NCBI GenBank assembly: GCA_000934665.2 | Contig: KZ538504.1 | Coordinates: forward strand, 1-64,000 | Length of the DNA stretch: 64,000 nt | Source of the DNA: Catajapyx aquilonaris | Lineage: Eukaryota | Direction of reading: 5' to 3' | Shown here: positions 11,601 through 27,200 of the stretch, piece after piece | How positions within the stretch are numbered: position 1 is the stretch's first letter | How the letters are laid out: each line of letters starts with the position of its first letter | The notes under the pieces: model-generated | The model's database searches: none | What the model saw: only the letters and a program-made list of their open reading frames with translations | What the model was told of the DNA's origin: nothing | Made by a program: the position numbers and the translations under genes

Positions 11601-14600
11601 TTCTGATGGTTCAGGACGTTTTGGTCCGATACTTTCTTGACATACGGTATAGTTTTTAGATTTAGAATGTTTAATTTTGTCACGACGTGCCAATAACAAT
11701 TATTAAAGAGCCCATTACATACGGTTCCTTTAGCATCTATACTCTCAAGATTGGGGAGTATATTCAGAGACTCAAAGCCAACGCTGAAAAATTGCAAATT
11801 CATACGAAGTTGTTGGCGAGTTAATAAGTTATATACTACAAGAGGAACCTCAATGAATTTTGATAGCCCTGGGAAGAAGGCTAATAAAGCTGCAGGGCGT
11901 GTATTCGCTGACATTCTACTCGACATCTAGATTACAGTATCGAATACCTCGCCAGGGAAAACCTATTTTCATTAATTAAATTTTTTACTGGCCAGTTTCA
12001 TTTAAAATGCCACGATTTAAACTATGCATGTATCACAGAGGCAGAAACGTTAAAATGTAATCTAGGAATTATAGCGAGTTAATGCGTTTACATGGATATG
12101 TACGGTAATCAGGAATAATTTTATGGCAACAAAAACACGCTAATCAATGCTGCTGGTCAACATTTTGGTTCCGATTATCAAATACACGTTCCATAAAATA
12201 TGGTTGCCAAACATACCGGGTGGTTCAAAGAATTTTACCCTCTGTCCTATATATAGCTCTATAATTATGTTGGTGCATTGTCAAAGACCCCAGTTCAAGA
12301 CTGTAAGTGAAGGGGTTATGCATTGTTTACGCAAACAATAAGTTTAAAGAGAAAAAGACCCAGTGTAAATCGACAATCAGTACCGCATCTACTTGTCGTG
12401 ACTGTTACCGCGCTTCTTTTGAAGCTGCTGGTTCCTCGAGTAAGCAATCCTCGAGTAAGCAATCCGCAATTTCCTTCCCATATAATCCCGTCTGGATCTG
12501 GGGACTTGGCCATTGCACCACCATGTATGTCAATAAATTAGACATACGTATATGCATAAATATTTACATCTGAAATTATCATACGTTGTTTGAGTTTACG
12601 CTGCTTGGTACTTGGTGCAAAAGCCATGTTGTGAGAACTCACGACTGAATTCTTGGAGCTACTGTACAACTCTGAAATATATCAGATTGTAGGGATTCGC
12701 TAAAAAACTAGGCCGGCATAACCCCTGACCAGTAACAATTCCCTCTATACGGTCGTGTAAGTGGCCAATTTATACAGTCATAATATCTCAGACGGTATAA
12801 TGCCCAAGACCCGTGTGGGGCATCCATAATGGATATCAGACGTTACCTAGCTTTTGTGACTGACCTTCTGCCTAAACTCCTAAAGTCTGCCTGAAAGCCT
12901 TGGAATGCCCCCTTCTTTTTTTAACATACAGTATCTGTGTGGTAAAAGCCAATATCTGCAGTCATGTCAAGTGCATGCTACATTTTAATCTATCAAAGGT
13001 CGATTAAACAATATTTTGAATAAACCGCGTAATATTTGCACTATCATCCCTACATGCAACTACATGATTTAAATGCCTTGGTCCGAGGAGGGGGAAAAAA
13101 TCGACCTAGGCAGTGAGGCGGAAACGTGAAGACTCCCCACGGAAATTTGCCTAACAGCCATGAAACCCATATCACTCTGGACCTCAGTCATGTTCGTGAT
13201 ATTGAAACATGAACGTAACAAAAAGGAGGTTGACGTGCACCGCGCGTGATTACGATGGCGTTTCTGGCAGCCTAAGAGGCTAGCAAATGATCCACAAACA
13301 CTCCGGATTGCATCTGACACCTGATCGAATTACCCAGTTCATTTGTTAGTAAACTTATTACATCAATGCGGTGCGGATGCGTAATGAATTTCTCCTGGCT
13401 TCATGTTAATCGCACAATTTCATGCATGGAAAATCAAATCAAACAAGTCATTACAGGCCTGGAACTGTGCCGACAGATTGGCAATGGCGCATAGTAACTG
13501 ATTTATAAACTTCTAGAAAACTTGACAAATGCATGTCTAATCAAGCGCTGATAAATAAACTGAGCGACCCCGCATGTTTAGAGCGCAAAGTAATTACTTA
13601 TGTGCCTGAAAGTTTTGCAAAATAAGCGCACACTAACTCATCTCTCCAGTGACATGTCTTTTACGAAGCCAAAATTTCCTGCTGAGCTTCACACGGCTTC
13701 ACAGTTCCAGCCAGCAGTTCTAGCTTCGCAATTTTCAGACTCCGCCACTCATAATAAAACCAGGCTTCTGACGAGCGCAAGGGGGTCAGAAAAAAAAAAT
13801 CTTATCTAAGGCATACATTTTAAAAACCCTGAAAATGACAGAATTCATTTTCTAAAGTGACACCCATCATGGCTCTGACAAGTAATTCTTGCTATAGTTT
13901 ATATGCCCCGATCACCTCATGTGATATGTTCACATGTGCTCACATAATAGTGCTGGAAGGCAGAAAGTGTGTAAATAAATGCTGAGTTGGCTCCCGAGTG
14001 ACTCATGACCTCTGTGCAACATGGATCCGACCTTTTGTCCTTTTACACAGTGTCCCATAACCCCAGCCAAATTCCCTACTGCAACCCTGCCATGACCATT
14101 TCGACTCAAAAAGTGCAAAGGTTAGCCGTCAAAAACCTAGCGGCATTGTTTCTGTCTGAATGGCCAGGTTCCCTTAAAGGCCTAATTATCCATCCCCGTA
14201 AAGTCAGATCCCGGTGTATATCCGAAATGCACCGAAGGAACCAGAGTCCGGGGCTGGGAATGCAACTTTCTGTCCCGAATCAATACCGGACGCCTAGAAA
14301 GTCATTATCTGCGGCACCACGCTCTCCCTAGAGCCAGTTTTCTCTGCCCAAATTAGTTCCCTAGGCTGGGGGGTATAGGGAGGAGGTGGAGGAGTAGCAG
14401 CTGCAATAGACTTGTACTGCATATATACGGGTAGACGTGATGAATGGGCCCGGATTTATATCCAGAGCCGTGACTAATTATCCTCCTCATCGCTTCCACC
14501 CGCTCTTTATTTGCCACCTCATGGAGCATCGGGTCTTCCGTCTCCGGATGAATGGACTCGGTTTCTTGCAAATTCAGCCTGTTTGTCTTCCTGCTCTGCA

Positions 14601-15233
14601 TGATAATACATTCAAGCTGTGCCTCCCTACCATTTGTGGCCAACTTAGGTCAGTGTTTACCAGTCACAGCTATTTACAGAAGGATAAATTCTTCTGTAAA
14701 TTAAATTTGTTTCGACAGTAGCATGTGGCCATTTAGTTGCTACCTTTGTACAGCACTGTATACTTCCACATGGTTGCAAATGGCACAAAAAGCAGACATT
14801 AGGTCTTGCTCCAAACAACTTTCACTTAGCAGAAAAGAGAGAGAGAAAAAAAAACCATCAGACAGCGAAAGCAGCCTAGTTGCTTTCCTAGACTTTCGTT
14901 AATATATAAGTTGCCTCTTACACAAAGGTCTTTACAGTAATTAGTTCCTTTGGCACCCGACAGCCTCCAAATGCTCGCAGCAGACAATAAATCGACAGAA
15001 ATATGCAAGTTATACTCTGCGTGAGAAAGGACGCTGTGATACCTAAAGGCTGTACTTTGTGTGAATCTGCGTAAGCTTACAGTACACAGCAGGCCTATAC
15101 TTGATATTGAATCTTCTTAAGGGTTATTTCTTAAGGTGTAGTTCACTTTTTGTCAACAGTTTCGAATAATCATTGCGACATTGCTCTCCTTCAGCGCATT
15201 TCGACTTTAACTTATATTTTATTAATTTGAAAT

Positions 15234-16008
<775 letters not shown>

Positions 16009-17136
16009 CATCATTATATGATTTTTAATTTAAGCGTGAAAAATACCAGTCTGAATAACTAAAAATGGTCGCAATGTGATTTGAGCCAACATAGTATTTT
16101 CAGGATACAAGAGCAATAAGATGTTGAAAATGTAGTGTAACAAGGTTTGGCATCCCGGTGTTGTAATCAGCGACGCTTCACGGATTCCAATGTGCGCTGT
16201 GCAGTTTCCTTGACAGGAGAAAATTGCATTTTCATTCGTGCTTAAAGCCGTCAAATTAGTTACGCCGGGGTATATCACTCGCATTTTTCCAGCCTGCGGT
16301 TCACATTATTGACTCCATGTAGAGCACACGGGCTGCAAATTTGCGGACCAACACTGAACAAAAGGGGATGGGGGATCTCTCTGGACCGGCTAATTAATTA
16401 GCCAACTGCCGCCCCAAGTCCTCCTCCTCCTCCTCCTCCACTCTTCCGTCCCATACTGTCCCTCCCAGGACCCCTAGTTTATTTATACCCGCAGTTCATC
16501 ACGGCTGCGGGGGACAAGTGTGCAAAAACAGTTTCTATCTATCCATATTCCGGTCGCTCTCCCTGGCTTGGCCCGGCTCTATCGATCCCCCCATACCCCC
16601 TTCACTATAGCCCATGCTCCCACCCTGCCTCCCTCAGAAGCTTAGATTGAATCGCAAGTGATTGTAGCCCTGACTGCACATCTTTGGGGACGGATTTGTG
16701 GGCCTGAAAGGAAAATAGGAAAGGCTATTCTTGGTCCTTTTCACGCTGGGACACTTTGGGGCCACAACAAACTCTGTAATAGTGGGTCTCCTTTCAGGGA
16801 GTTCATACTGGCATTTTTATCACTTATTTTAATCAGTTATTGACATGTTGCAGACCGTTTCCAGGAATGGGGGGCTAAACACCTCGAATCGACGCGACGT
16901 CATGTTCTGCTACATTGTGCGATAAATCGAAACTGGATGCTACCTGACAGTTGGCACAATGCATTGAAGTTGACGATTAAATTATGCCAAGTACCGGCAT
17001 ACTAGTACGCCTCTACATACAGGATGCTTTTAGAGACGCGTGTCCTGAATATATACGAAGGTCGAGTCGGAATTCCTTTTACATTCATGAATTCAGACTG
17101 GTATTCAAGTGGGATATGTGTAGGCATTTAAAAATA

Positions 17137-17175
<39 letters not shown>

Positions 17176-17188
17176 ATAGAGGCCCAAA

Positions 17189-17621
17189 TACTGGGCGCTC
17201 CAATTAACTTTTTGGAACTAGTTATTTTTAGGCAGATATTTTATATACGGTAGTTACTTTTACTAAACTTTACTAAACTAAAACATAGGTACGTTCAGTG
17301 GTTAGCAAGCGTATAGGTCTATTATCAGCTAGTATTACGTTGCATGGACCTGCACAGGGAGTGTAGTCTGCAATTATGGGATATACAGTAGGTTCTATGC
17401 CAATTGATCCAATGGGCTAATTGGTCATACCTAATCGGAAATTGATTGCAATTCAGATATTGGATAGGTTATTCACTTCGGCCTAAAAGCTATTAGAAGC
17501 TACTTCTTTTGAAAACCACTAAAAGTAACTATTCAAAGTAATGTAAACGCTTACAAATAAGCAGCTGTTGTCAAAAAAACCTTAACTAATAAGGACATAT
17601 TTTCAATTGGAACACTCTGTA
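17189..17621. mobile_element. Degenerate Tc1/mariner-type MITE related to 1614-3048
   Basis: Ends TACTGGGCGCTCCAATT / AATTGGAACACTCTGTA; shares the subterminal motif TTTTGA.AACCACTA.AAAGTAAC. Confidence 0.6.
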
Positions 17622-20577
17622 CAGTACATTCATTTATGATATTGTCATAAAAACCGCAAACCATTAAAATATTCCAATTAAAGCACTGTTTACTTCAACA
17701 GTGAGTAGAAATTAATATTGCAAAGTATAGTCTAAAAATGGTAGAGTCCTATGATGTCAATGTGATGGGAGCAACCATTAAGTTGCAAATCGGGAGACAT
17801 GATTACATGTTATCGTCAGTGACGGACATGTTTACCAGCCAGCGCCGACAGTTATTGAGTATATATTCAGATTATTCGCAAATCTCGCAAGACTTACGCT
17901 GATTCACTCAAATTCATTCATCTATTTTAATAGCATGTAGTCATTCGCCATTGAAAGTCATGGAATCTTATTTAAAAAATTATCTATAAACTATCACCAT
18001 AAGATTAAAGGGCTCGTAATATGATTCACGAATATTTCAAATACCACCGTGATTTAATAAAAAATATTGTAGAACATTACACAGTAGTCCTACATGCAGC
18101 ATATGCCAAAATAGTGTAATTAATATTGGTTTGAATATAGCGTCTTATTTCATCTTTGTAAGGACCAGACCGGTCCTTACAACTTAGATGGACATAAGAC
18201 GCTGCATTCAATAAACCGCTGTAAACATAGTGGTAAAATGCAGACACATGTAGAGTAAATAATCAGGCTTTAAGTAACAAGTCAGCATTCGCTTTTATCT
18301 CCCTCTTCTCATCTATCGACTTATACAATCCCTCCAAAATCCCTGAATATTTAACTTGCGTTCCAACAAAGCCGGCCAATTATGCATAGTTGGATGACAC
18401 TGATCCGTATATCGAAAAGTGTTGCCATAACGGAAAAAAGACGCCGCCGGTGCTGATGTACGATAAGAGTTACAGGCTTCACACAACAATTTTATGGCCG
18501 ATTTCCCCTTTACCGGCCTTCATAGATTGTGTGGTCACGTGTAGCATGCTATTACCTTCCAAATTAAGGGTATCAGGGTGGAATCACTGGAAGGATCTCT
18601 CATAATCGGTACATAATGAATGGAATCAGTGGAAAGCGCGGGGATATCGTAAAATCGACAAAGAGTAGCAAAATCCCTGCAGGTATCAATGTGTACGTAT
18701 AATGAGTGAATTTAAGGAAAGAATTCGTGGCCATTTCCAACTCGAGTTAATTTTAGAAAGCCTAAATCGACTCAAGTTGCTTAAAATGTAGAGAACCCAT
18801 TGAAATGATTTTTCATGCACTTGAAAATCTACTTTCTCTATTTGCGAGGTTCGATCCGGGGACCTCAGAAGTGGTATGGCAATACAAAACCGTGTCGCCC
18901 AGCCCTACAGGTTCGAACACCATCAATGTGACACTGTTAACTAGATTTAAAATATTCAGCACATAAAGGGTTCGCGTTTGGCACGTCTTGTAAAACGTCT
19001 ATGGCCATGGCTCTTCGTTGGGAGACGACCTCTTTTGCCAGCCACCAAATGTCCTGCCCCTTGATTACCCCTACAAATAGCCATGCTGTTCACAACAACG
19101 GAAGTCACTGCACAAAGTTGGCAAAGACTAGACCCAAACAGAAGTTCCCTATAAATACCAGATACTATGTCTGTGTCGGCCACCGACCTGTTCATACGCG
19201 ATTGTACAATGTATCATCAGTGTTCCACAAGCCTTCGTTATAATATAGCGATCAGTCCAGCGCAGAGAGAGACGAACTGTCCCTTGGTCGTTTTGTCGCA
19301 CAAAGTATGCACATATTGGTCTATTCTTGAAGTACTGTATACTATGCCAGAATTATTGTACAAAATAACGTACCCTTGGCTAACAATCATCGTCGGCACC
19401 ATAGATCGGCACATTAGTACTTGTAAAGTGAAAGTTATGGGGGAAATACAACTTCACCCTAATCGAGTCCTGATTATTATTGTATAGCACGGCCAGAATA
19501 CGTTTTTGTCCGAGAGGTTATTTGGCATGGGCAATTTGCGAATTTTTACAGCAGTGTCCCCATGTCAGGCTCAATCAGGCAGGACCAAACCCTTCCAAAA
19601 TGCGAAATGACGTTTATGGATTTACAGACATGCATTCAAGAACATGCATTGTTCAATAAGTCCCATCACCTAAGCTGTCAGAGCCCCGTTATCCCTATAT
19701 AAATCCTTTGTAACGTAGATAAACACGGCAGGCTTATAACTAGCACCATAAATTCTGATACCGGTACTTTATTTTTAAACTTTTTCGAGCGTGATGCCAT
19801 GGACGGTTGAGTGCTCGCATATACGTAGTACAAGCATGATAATTATGCTGCATAGATTGCACTTCATCCGTTATGCATACCATAATAGGGATTGACTATA
19901 AGGGACGTTTCTTATACTAGTGGCTGGTCCCTCAACATTTCTCTTGGACTGTTTTGGGCACACGATTACGACGGCAGTAAGAAAGCCATGGTAATATTAC
20001 TAATATAGCATGTAGGTTTGGCTCACTTCGCAAGCCTACACAGGGTAAGCCTGACCTTTTCGCTTAGCACGCATAAATCCCCATAGTTTACCCAATTCCC
20101 TGCACTCCTCTCTATCCCTGGCAGCTGCATCCGAAAGTCAAATAGCGAAACACAATTCTCTGATCTTACTGCATGTAAAAGCCTCCCTACCAAACTGCTT
20201 TCAGTTTCCTTCTCTCTGACTATAGACTAAGCCCGCTATCCACCCGCCCCCTCATGCTGTCAGAAACATCCTATAATTATATACCTCCTGGCCATAAGTG
20301 TATAAGGGGCTGCACTGTATGAAAGGACCAGTGGAGCTGGAGTAATGAAACCACAACAGGTGGTAGCAATGGTTCTATACGGTGCCCCCATTCTCCAAGA
20401 ATGAAGATGTGGCTTTCCAAAGGGAGATATTCGAAAGGGATTCCCTTAGAGCTGTCTGAATGAACCTTCTCAAAACCTCACATATAAGCTGATGACATTT
20501 CGTCGAAAAGGATTTCAAATCCCAGTATGATTATGAATTGAGTCCGTGCGGAGGCCAGTAATATTTTCATTACACAC

Positions 20578-21489
20578 TACAGGGAGTTTCTGAATTCAAC
20601 AGACAAACTTGTAGGGGTAATAGAGGGGACGACAAACATATTTGACATAGGAAAAGGTGTCCGGAAACGCCATCTATAGAGGGGGTTCATAGACAAGGAA
20701 CGTGTGCGCTCAGACGCGTCAGGCGAACGGCGTTAGCGAGCGGACCGTTTAGTTGCTAGGTGGCGCGCAGATAATAAACAACTTCGAAATTTGCCATAAC
20801 CTGGCAACAACAGAGCCACCTAGCAACTAAAGTCAGCATGCTAGGTAGCACACAGATAATAAACAACAACTCTGTTGTTGCCAGGCACGGTGCAGCTACA
20901 AACGGTGTCTCCACTTAGGCCAAAATAGCTGCTTATTCGTGAAGCCCCTCTCGAAGGGGAAATCAGCTTAGAAATCCGCCGACAGAGCGCGCGCCGATCG
21001 ACATTAGGTCGACCACCCAACGAACAGTGAATAGGCTCTCTTCTATTCTCTAATCTTTGAGACCACAGACGCTTGACCAGGCCTAGAACCATAGACTGAA
21101 AGTAGAGAAGTTAACATATTTACCAAAGCCTGGGCCTCAGCCTCGACCTAATGTCGACGCAAGTGCGCTCTGGCGGAGAAAATTTGAACCCGCTTTTGCC
21201 TTGCTGACGGGCTGCACAAAAAAACCGGGAGAGGAGATACCGTTCTACATCTACCTTGTTGCCAGGTTATGGGGAATTACGAAGTTGTTTACTATCTGCG
21301 CGCCACCTAGCAACTAAACGGTCCGCTCGCTAACGCCGCCCGCCTGACGCGTCTGAGCGCACACGTTCCTTGTCTATGAACCCCCTCTAGATGGCGTTTC
21401 CGGACACCGTTTCCTATGTGAAATATGTTTGTCTTGGTCCCCTCTATTACCCCTACAACTATGTCGCCTGAATTCAGAAACTCCCTGTA
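20578..21489. mobile_element. Long-TIR MITE with Tc1/mariner-type TA-CAGGG ends
   Basis: TACAGGGAGTTTCTGAATTCA.. / ..TGAATTCAGAAACTCCCTGTA; inverted similarity extends ~230 bp inward (20578-20810 vs 21255-21489). Confidence 0.9.
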
Positions 21490-24400
21490 TACACTAGCTA
21501 AGCTGGAGGGAACTCGTCTTTCCATTGGCTCCACGCCAGCTATAAAGGCAATGCAACACCCACGTGGTTATATGCCATATTCATGTTATTATTCTGAATA
21601 AAAACCATACTCAATGTTGGTCAGCGAATTCATTTGACACAGCGCGCTCAGTTAGCGAATACTTCTGACTCCTGTCGAATTTTAAAACCAATGATGCTTT
21701 TTTGTTTGCTAACAGCAAACAACAACAATATACACATTTATTGTCCTTTTTCTCTTTGTCATATTTATATTTCCACATTCGCAGGGTGAGCGAATTACTC
21801 TCGGTTTGGGAAAATATGCTACACTTCGTGGAACCATAGTTTTAACCAAAATGCAGTTCGAATTTTCCAGTGGACACCTGAGTATTCGTTTTTAGTATAT
21901 AATTATTCACAAGGGTTTGGAAAGAGTTAATAAACACGAATGGTAATACAAGTATACAGTACATGTCGGTTTTTCTTTATCAGGCCTAATTATTTATTAT
22001 GGTGATTATTTTTAAACTTCAAATAACATTCACATGCATGTTATATGCCTACATGATTTCCAGACCACAAAATGATCATTCTCTCATTTACTGAGCAATT
22101 CAGATTACTTTGTCTTGAGCAGGCTCGAAGTTAGGATTGGTAAAATTGAGATCTGCGAAAGGTCTCTGTAAGGAACTTGTCACACATCTAACCTTTGAGT
22201 GAAGGTATAATTGTATAAGTTTAGTTGATATAGCTATAGGTGCAGTATTGCCTGAAAAAATAATTTTATCGATTCCTTAATTCTGAACTTTTCAACATAA
22301 ACCATCGAAATGGGGAGAAACTTTCCCACTACTTGACGTTAACGAAGATTTCTGTCCCGGAACTGTGCCAAGTACGCAGAAGTGGTACTGTACAAGTACA
22401 ACCAGCCAGACTGCTGAAATTCGTTGCTGAGACGTGTCTAAATTGCTCGTTGCGCGTCTGATCTAAACGGTATAATACTCGCTTTACATACGTATGTTGG
22501 AAAGAACCTTCGTGAGAAACGGCCGGAAGATTCTTCCCACCTATAGTTTCCGTGAGCAACTGAATTAAAATTTGGCAACCCATGAAAAAAATAATCAAAA
22601 GTGGCCTATAAAACCGTTTCCTCAAATAAGCTTTCGTTTTTCCGCGAGAAGCGGACGAAAGTGAATATTTTTTGCGCGCAAAAGCAGCTGTCATTTTTTA
22701 ATAGCCTTGTTGCGATGTCACAAGTGTGCTCCGGACAGAGTATGCAATCTTGGCTCTTGATTCGATCGATAGTATCATGTCTGAATTCTAATAGACCGGG
22801 TCGAGTGAAACTGGAGGTCATTGCCCTCGACAGGTTACAAGATGTATTTATTCTAGAATAACATTTTAAAATAATTTTTAAACACCCATATAGGCCTACA
22901 TATTTAAAAAAAAGGCAAGGTGGCGCAGATGGGCGCATACCTGCCGGGCTATTTTATACTTGCGTTCCATACCGACCATTATTTTGTGTTGCAATATGGT
23001 GCAGCTATTGGTCGATTTATTCTCCAGACCTGCCTGATAACGCCTACTGTTACAGATTATCCTGAATAAAAACCTGAGCACATACAAGCGCATCTGCAAT
23101 GGACAGATTATATTATCCAGCAATTTCAGAAACTTTTCCTTAGCCGCATGTTATACAAGGCATGTAAAAATGGCATAATTTTAAAACTCACTGCACGCAA
23201 AAGAGGCGTTAAAACCCTACTTTTAATTAATCCCTCTCCGCAGAGAAATATTAAAAGTTGCGAAGAACAGGCTTCACACCAAGATGCATAAAACTTCCCA
23301 GGTATTTCGTGCCATTTTCCGACCAGCACAAAGTCCTCCGCAAAATGCAAGGTAAAATGCAACTTCCCTGGTTCCTTTTATTATATTTCAAAAAGTTTTA
23401 AAAATAGCCGCTCGAAAAAACAGACCTGTTTGCTTTCCACTCCAAGCGTCATTAAAATCAGCTCGCTTTTGCATGCGAAATGACGCACAAACCCCATTCA
23501 AATTTGTCTCACATTATGCAAAATAATCCCTATACCGAGACACAACAGGGCGTGAGGATGGAAACGGGGAGGACAACGACGAGAGGGGGTGGTCCACTGA
23601 CAACACCAATTCATTAGACTAAGCGAGAAGAGTAGCTGAAATGATGGTCTAAACACAGGCAAAATGCAATGAAGCGGTTGAAAACTGGCCTGCAGGCGGG
23701 GGGTCATAAGCGTATGAGCTTTTTTTGTGTGTTGTTGGGGACATAGATCAATATCCGGGGAACTAATTAAAAGGTCTGGTGTGAAATGTTGGTCACTATC
23801 CAGGACGCGACTTCTCCGAAAAGTACAATATACAGCATTGGTTCGTGGAAAAAATTGTAGACGTATGGGATAATTTCTTCTGCGAAAGACTAATCACACG
23901 GACCAAATTAAATGTGGCTGCATTTTCCGGAAACTGCCTGTGTCCGGACCTAACTCAGCACGGGATAACGACAACGTTAATGGACGCCCGATTACTCGGG
24001 CAAACTTCTTTATGGCACTTATCTCCATGGCACCTTTGTCGAAGCAGAAACTTAATTTCACGCCAGGGGGTTATACTGCTTCTTCATTTCGGGACCAAGA
24101 ACTGTACTCTTTGTTACGGCACAGTGCATGGTTCCGGAAAGTTACCTGAAATTGGACCGCACAATTCGAATTCATCTAATCTGGAATCCTGTAACAAAAT
24201 AAATAAATAAGTTTGCTTGTACTTTATGTTGCAAGTAATATACTGGGGGGCTATTGAGATATATCGAATATCACTGTCCCATTTTTCTGTCGATATTGAT
24301 TCTCAATAATGAATGATGCGCATCGTACAGACCTAATACTGATGTACAGTATACAATACATTATAAGAGGAATTGCTATTTCGCATAATGTTACAGCTAT

Positions 24401-26849
24401 GGATGCCTGCGTATGCGAGTTTATGGATTAGGAAATGAAGCTTGACATAGTTGAAGGAATGAAAAATTGGTTTCAAGATTCTCATTTCCGTGTGAGGACT
24501 CCATTTTCAGGAAATTACCATGCAACGTATTTCAGTTCTTTTTATGGGAGTACTGCTCCTTGTTTCTTTTTAACGAGCATATCCATAAAAGAACTCTACC
24601 GGGGGCAAAATCATCTGTAGTGAAACTGACTTCACAGTTATTTTACAAAAACAGGGTTTCGGAACGAGTGAATCACTCTGGATTTCCAATACCTATGCCT
24701 CAGGGTCGGTTGTGTCAACGCATATTCAGGAGAAAATCTCCGATTACGTTGGATTATGTATTGTGAAGATCTATGCATAAGAAATCACGCTTTTACAAAA
24801 TTGGCCCTAAGTATTGTGAGAAATGTGCTTTAACTCATTCGTTAAGCGCATGATGAAGGGGTAGGGAAAGGCCTTATACAGTATTTAATATTTTATATGA
24901 AATCCTGCAAGACAAGAGTGCAGTTATGTAGTGACCTACATCTTCATTCGCTTTCCAAGTAAAAACACGAACACGCACTAAATTAATGACGGGCTAGATA
25001 CAGATGCAAATGAGGCAGTGTCTATACCGTATATACACGGCCCATAAAATGTTGCGTCAGCCGAGAACGCTTTTATTTCGCAAGCAAACACGAAGCCAAG
25101 AAATGAATTCATTAGAGCCATGCATATGTCAACATTCAGGATCCAAGAAGGCGTGAACTTTTAATATCAGCAGAGATTTCTGGCGCCAAAGAGGAAAACC
25201 ATGAATACATAATTTCAGCCTTGTCAGGAAATCGCGAAAAAAGAAAGATGAATTATTAGCGGATCATCATTCATGGTAGCGAAAAGGTCAGTGTCCTCGT
25301 CTGCTCTTTTGCAAACTTTTGAAAAGAGCGATGCAAAGGGCGAACAGGCCAAAATGCAAGTAGATTCCTGTGCATTGACCTAAATCGCAATTAATCCCTC
25401 CTCCGCTTCCCCCACCCATCATCTGATTAATTGAAGCGGAATCGATGCGGATCCACAAGAGTTCACCGCAGTCAACATTATCAACTCAATAGGCTCCTCC
25501 GAGGCTAAATTGTCTGCACAGTTTGTTCCAGAAAAAGAAGCACTCCATTCAATTCGATTACACCGAAGGGTTCATTGGATACGTCCAATAAATCGAGCAA
25601 GTCTAAAGCAGACCCAAGTTGCCAATTTGGATTGACTGCTGCATTTATTAGAACGCTTAGGTTCCGTAAAGATTTTTTAAAATTATTTTACAAAACTTTT
25701 CTCATTTTACGAGAACATCCTAACCCTTGACATTTTGCCGCTAAACTGCTGGATGAAATAAAAATAGACACTATTTTAATCCGGCGATCATTTTAAAAAC
25801 AGAAAAAAGCATTCTGAAAGCTGTGAGTCCCATTTTATAGAGGAGGATCCCGACTGCAATAGTTCATAGCTCGAACTATACTTGCCAAAGCAACGGAAAA
25901 GTATGATATCGCATGTAATTACAAATCCGTTTGATGATTATGAAGGTGGACAAAAGATTTATTATACCGGTAATGACTGATGTTCCCTTTCAACTCTCAG
26001 AGCGATCGAATTCGTAGCCTCTTTGTAGGTAATCCTTAGTCCTTAATTCCTCCTCTTTCAAGGCGCCTTAATTTTCAAACAGTATTAGCAAAGCGATTTC
26101 TCGCAATAGCAGCCATGAAATATGATTACACAATTACAAATTAATTGCACATATGCAGCGCTACTCTCCCGCCTGTAGATTAATAATGTATAATTATACT
26201 ATTCAATATATTCCCACGGAGTTGCTGAAAGGATGGCTGTCAACTAATAAATTATTCGGTCTGTTCATAACTCTATACAGCATATGACCTGTAACTGGAA
26301 TACTGATATAAAGCAATTACCACTGTTTAGAATATAGAAGCATAGTATTTTTAAAGAGCGCACTATAGCTAGAGCACCCCTCTATAACAATTAGTTTTTA
26401 AATGTCAGACTAAATCTCCATCACGCGCTCGAAGAGTGTGTTATTCGCATATTTGGGCACAAAAATTTCTGTCCTATTATCTGGCCGGCACTACACAAGT
26501 CCATTACTGCATTTCCCTGGGGCACATTCAGGGATCTGACTTTAAGCCAATCGAATATTCATCGTGGAAAGGCGAAGTGAATGCGGCCAAAATTCTGGGC
26601 CAGGCTTTGCAAAACAAATTAATCGATGGATTTAATGGGCCTCCTATGCCATTCGGGCTTGCCGATGATTGCCTACTAACGTTTCTCCCCACCATGGGCG
26701 TGGTCATATGGGCGTGGCCTCATTTGATGTTACTCTAGGGGTCACGCAATGTGACTTTCGACCTCGTGACCTTAGCTAACAAATGGCGTGAGTTCGTGAT
26801 TAACGCATCAGACAGTCTCGTCTCTTCTTTCTATATATTGATTTCTGCA

Positions 26850-27200
26850 CTACCTTGCACAGTACACTTGCACTGTGCAAAACCTCACCAGCCCCACCCC
26901 ACCCTCTTGCCTGTCTATATATCTCAGGCTCTGACGTCACAGTCTCCTCCATTTGCCACAAAAGGGATTTTACTCTTCTATGTCAGATAAACACTAGGCA
27001 GGTTTTAGACACCGGTCCACTGTATCTCAGATATAGCCAGACGAGGCTACATTGGAGGTGGCAGAGAGATAGATTAGATATGCCGGCGGCGAAAGGACCA
27101 TAGCAGCCAGCCTTTTTCAGGCCTCACTGCTGTTACACTGCCAATAAAGGTGCACCTCAACATAGAGTATGGACACCAAATGTGGGATGAATGCAGACCA
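26850..27200 (+). mobile_element. Possible highly decayed LINE (CR1/L2-like) ORF2 C-terminal fragment
   Basis: Frameshifted translation YLRYSQTRLHW..D..AAK and VHLNIEYGHQMWD loosely resembles the YLGV..L.W..H and RP.LEY...W motifs. The match is weak. Confidence 0.3.

Noticed and set aside
12434..12465. Short tandem duplications (CCTCGAGTAAGCAAT x2; also 48823-48868)
   Set aside because: Ordinary slippage duplications with no further structure.
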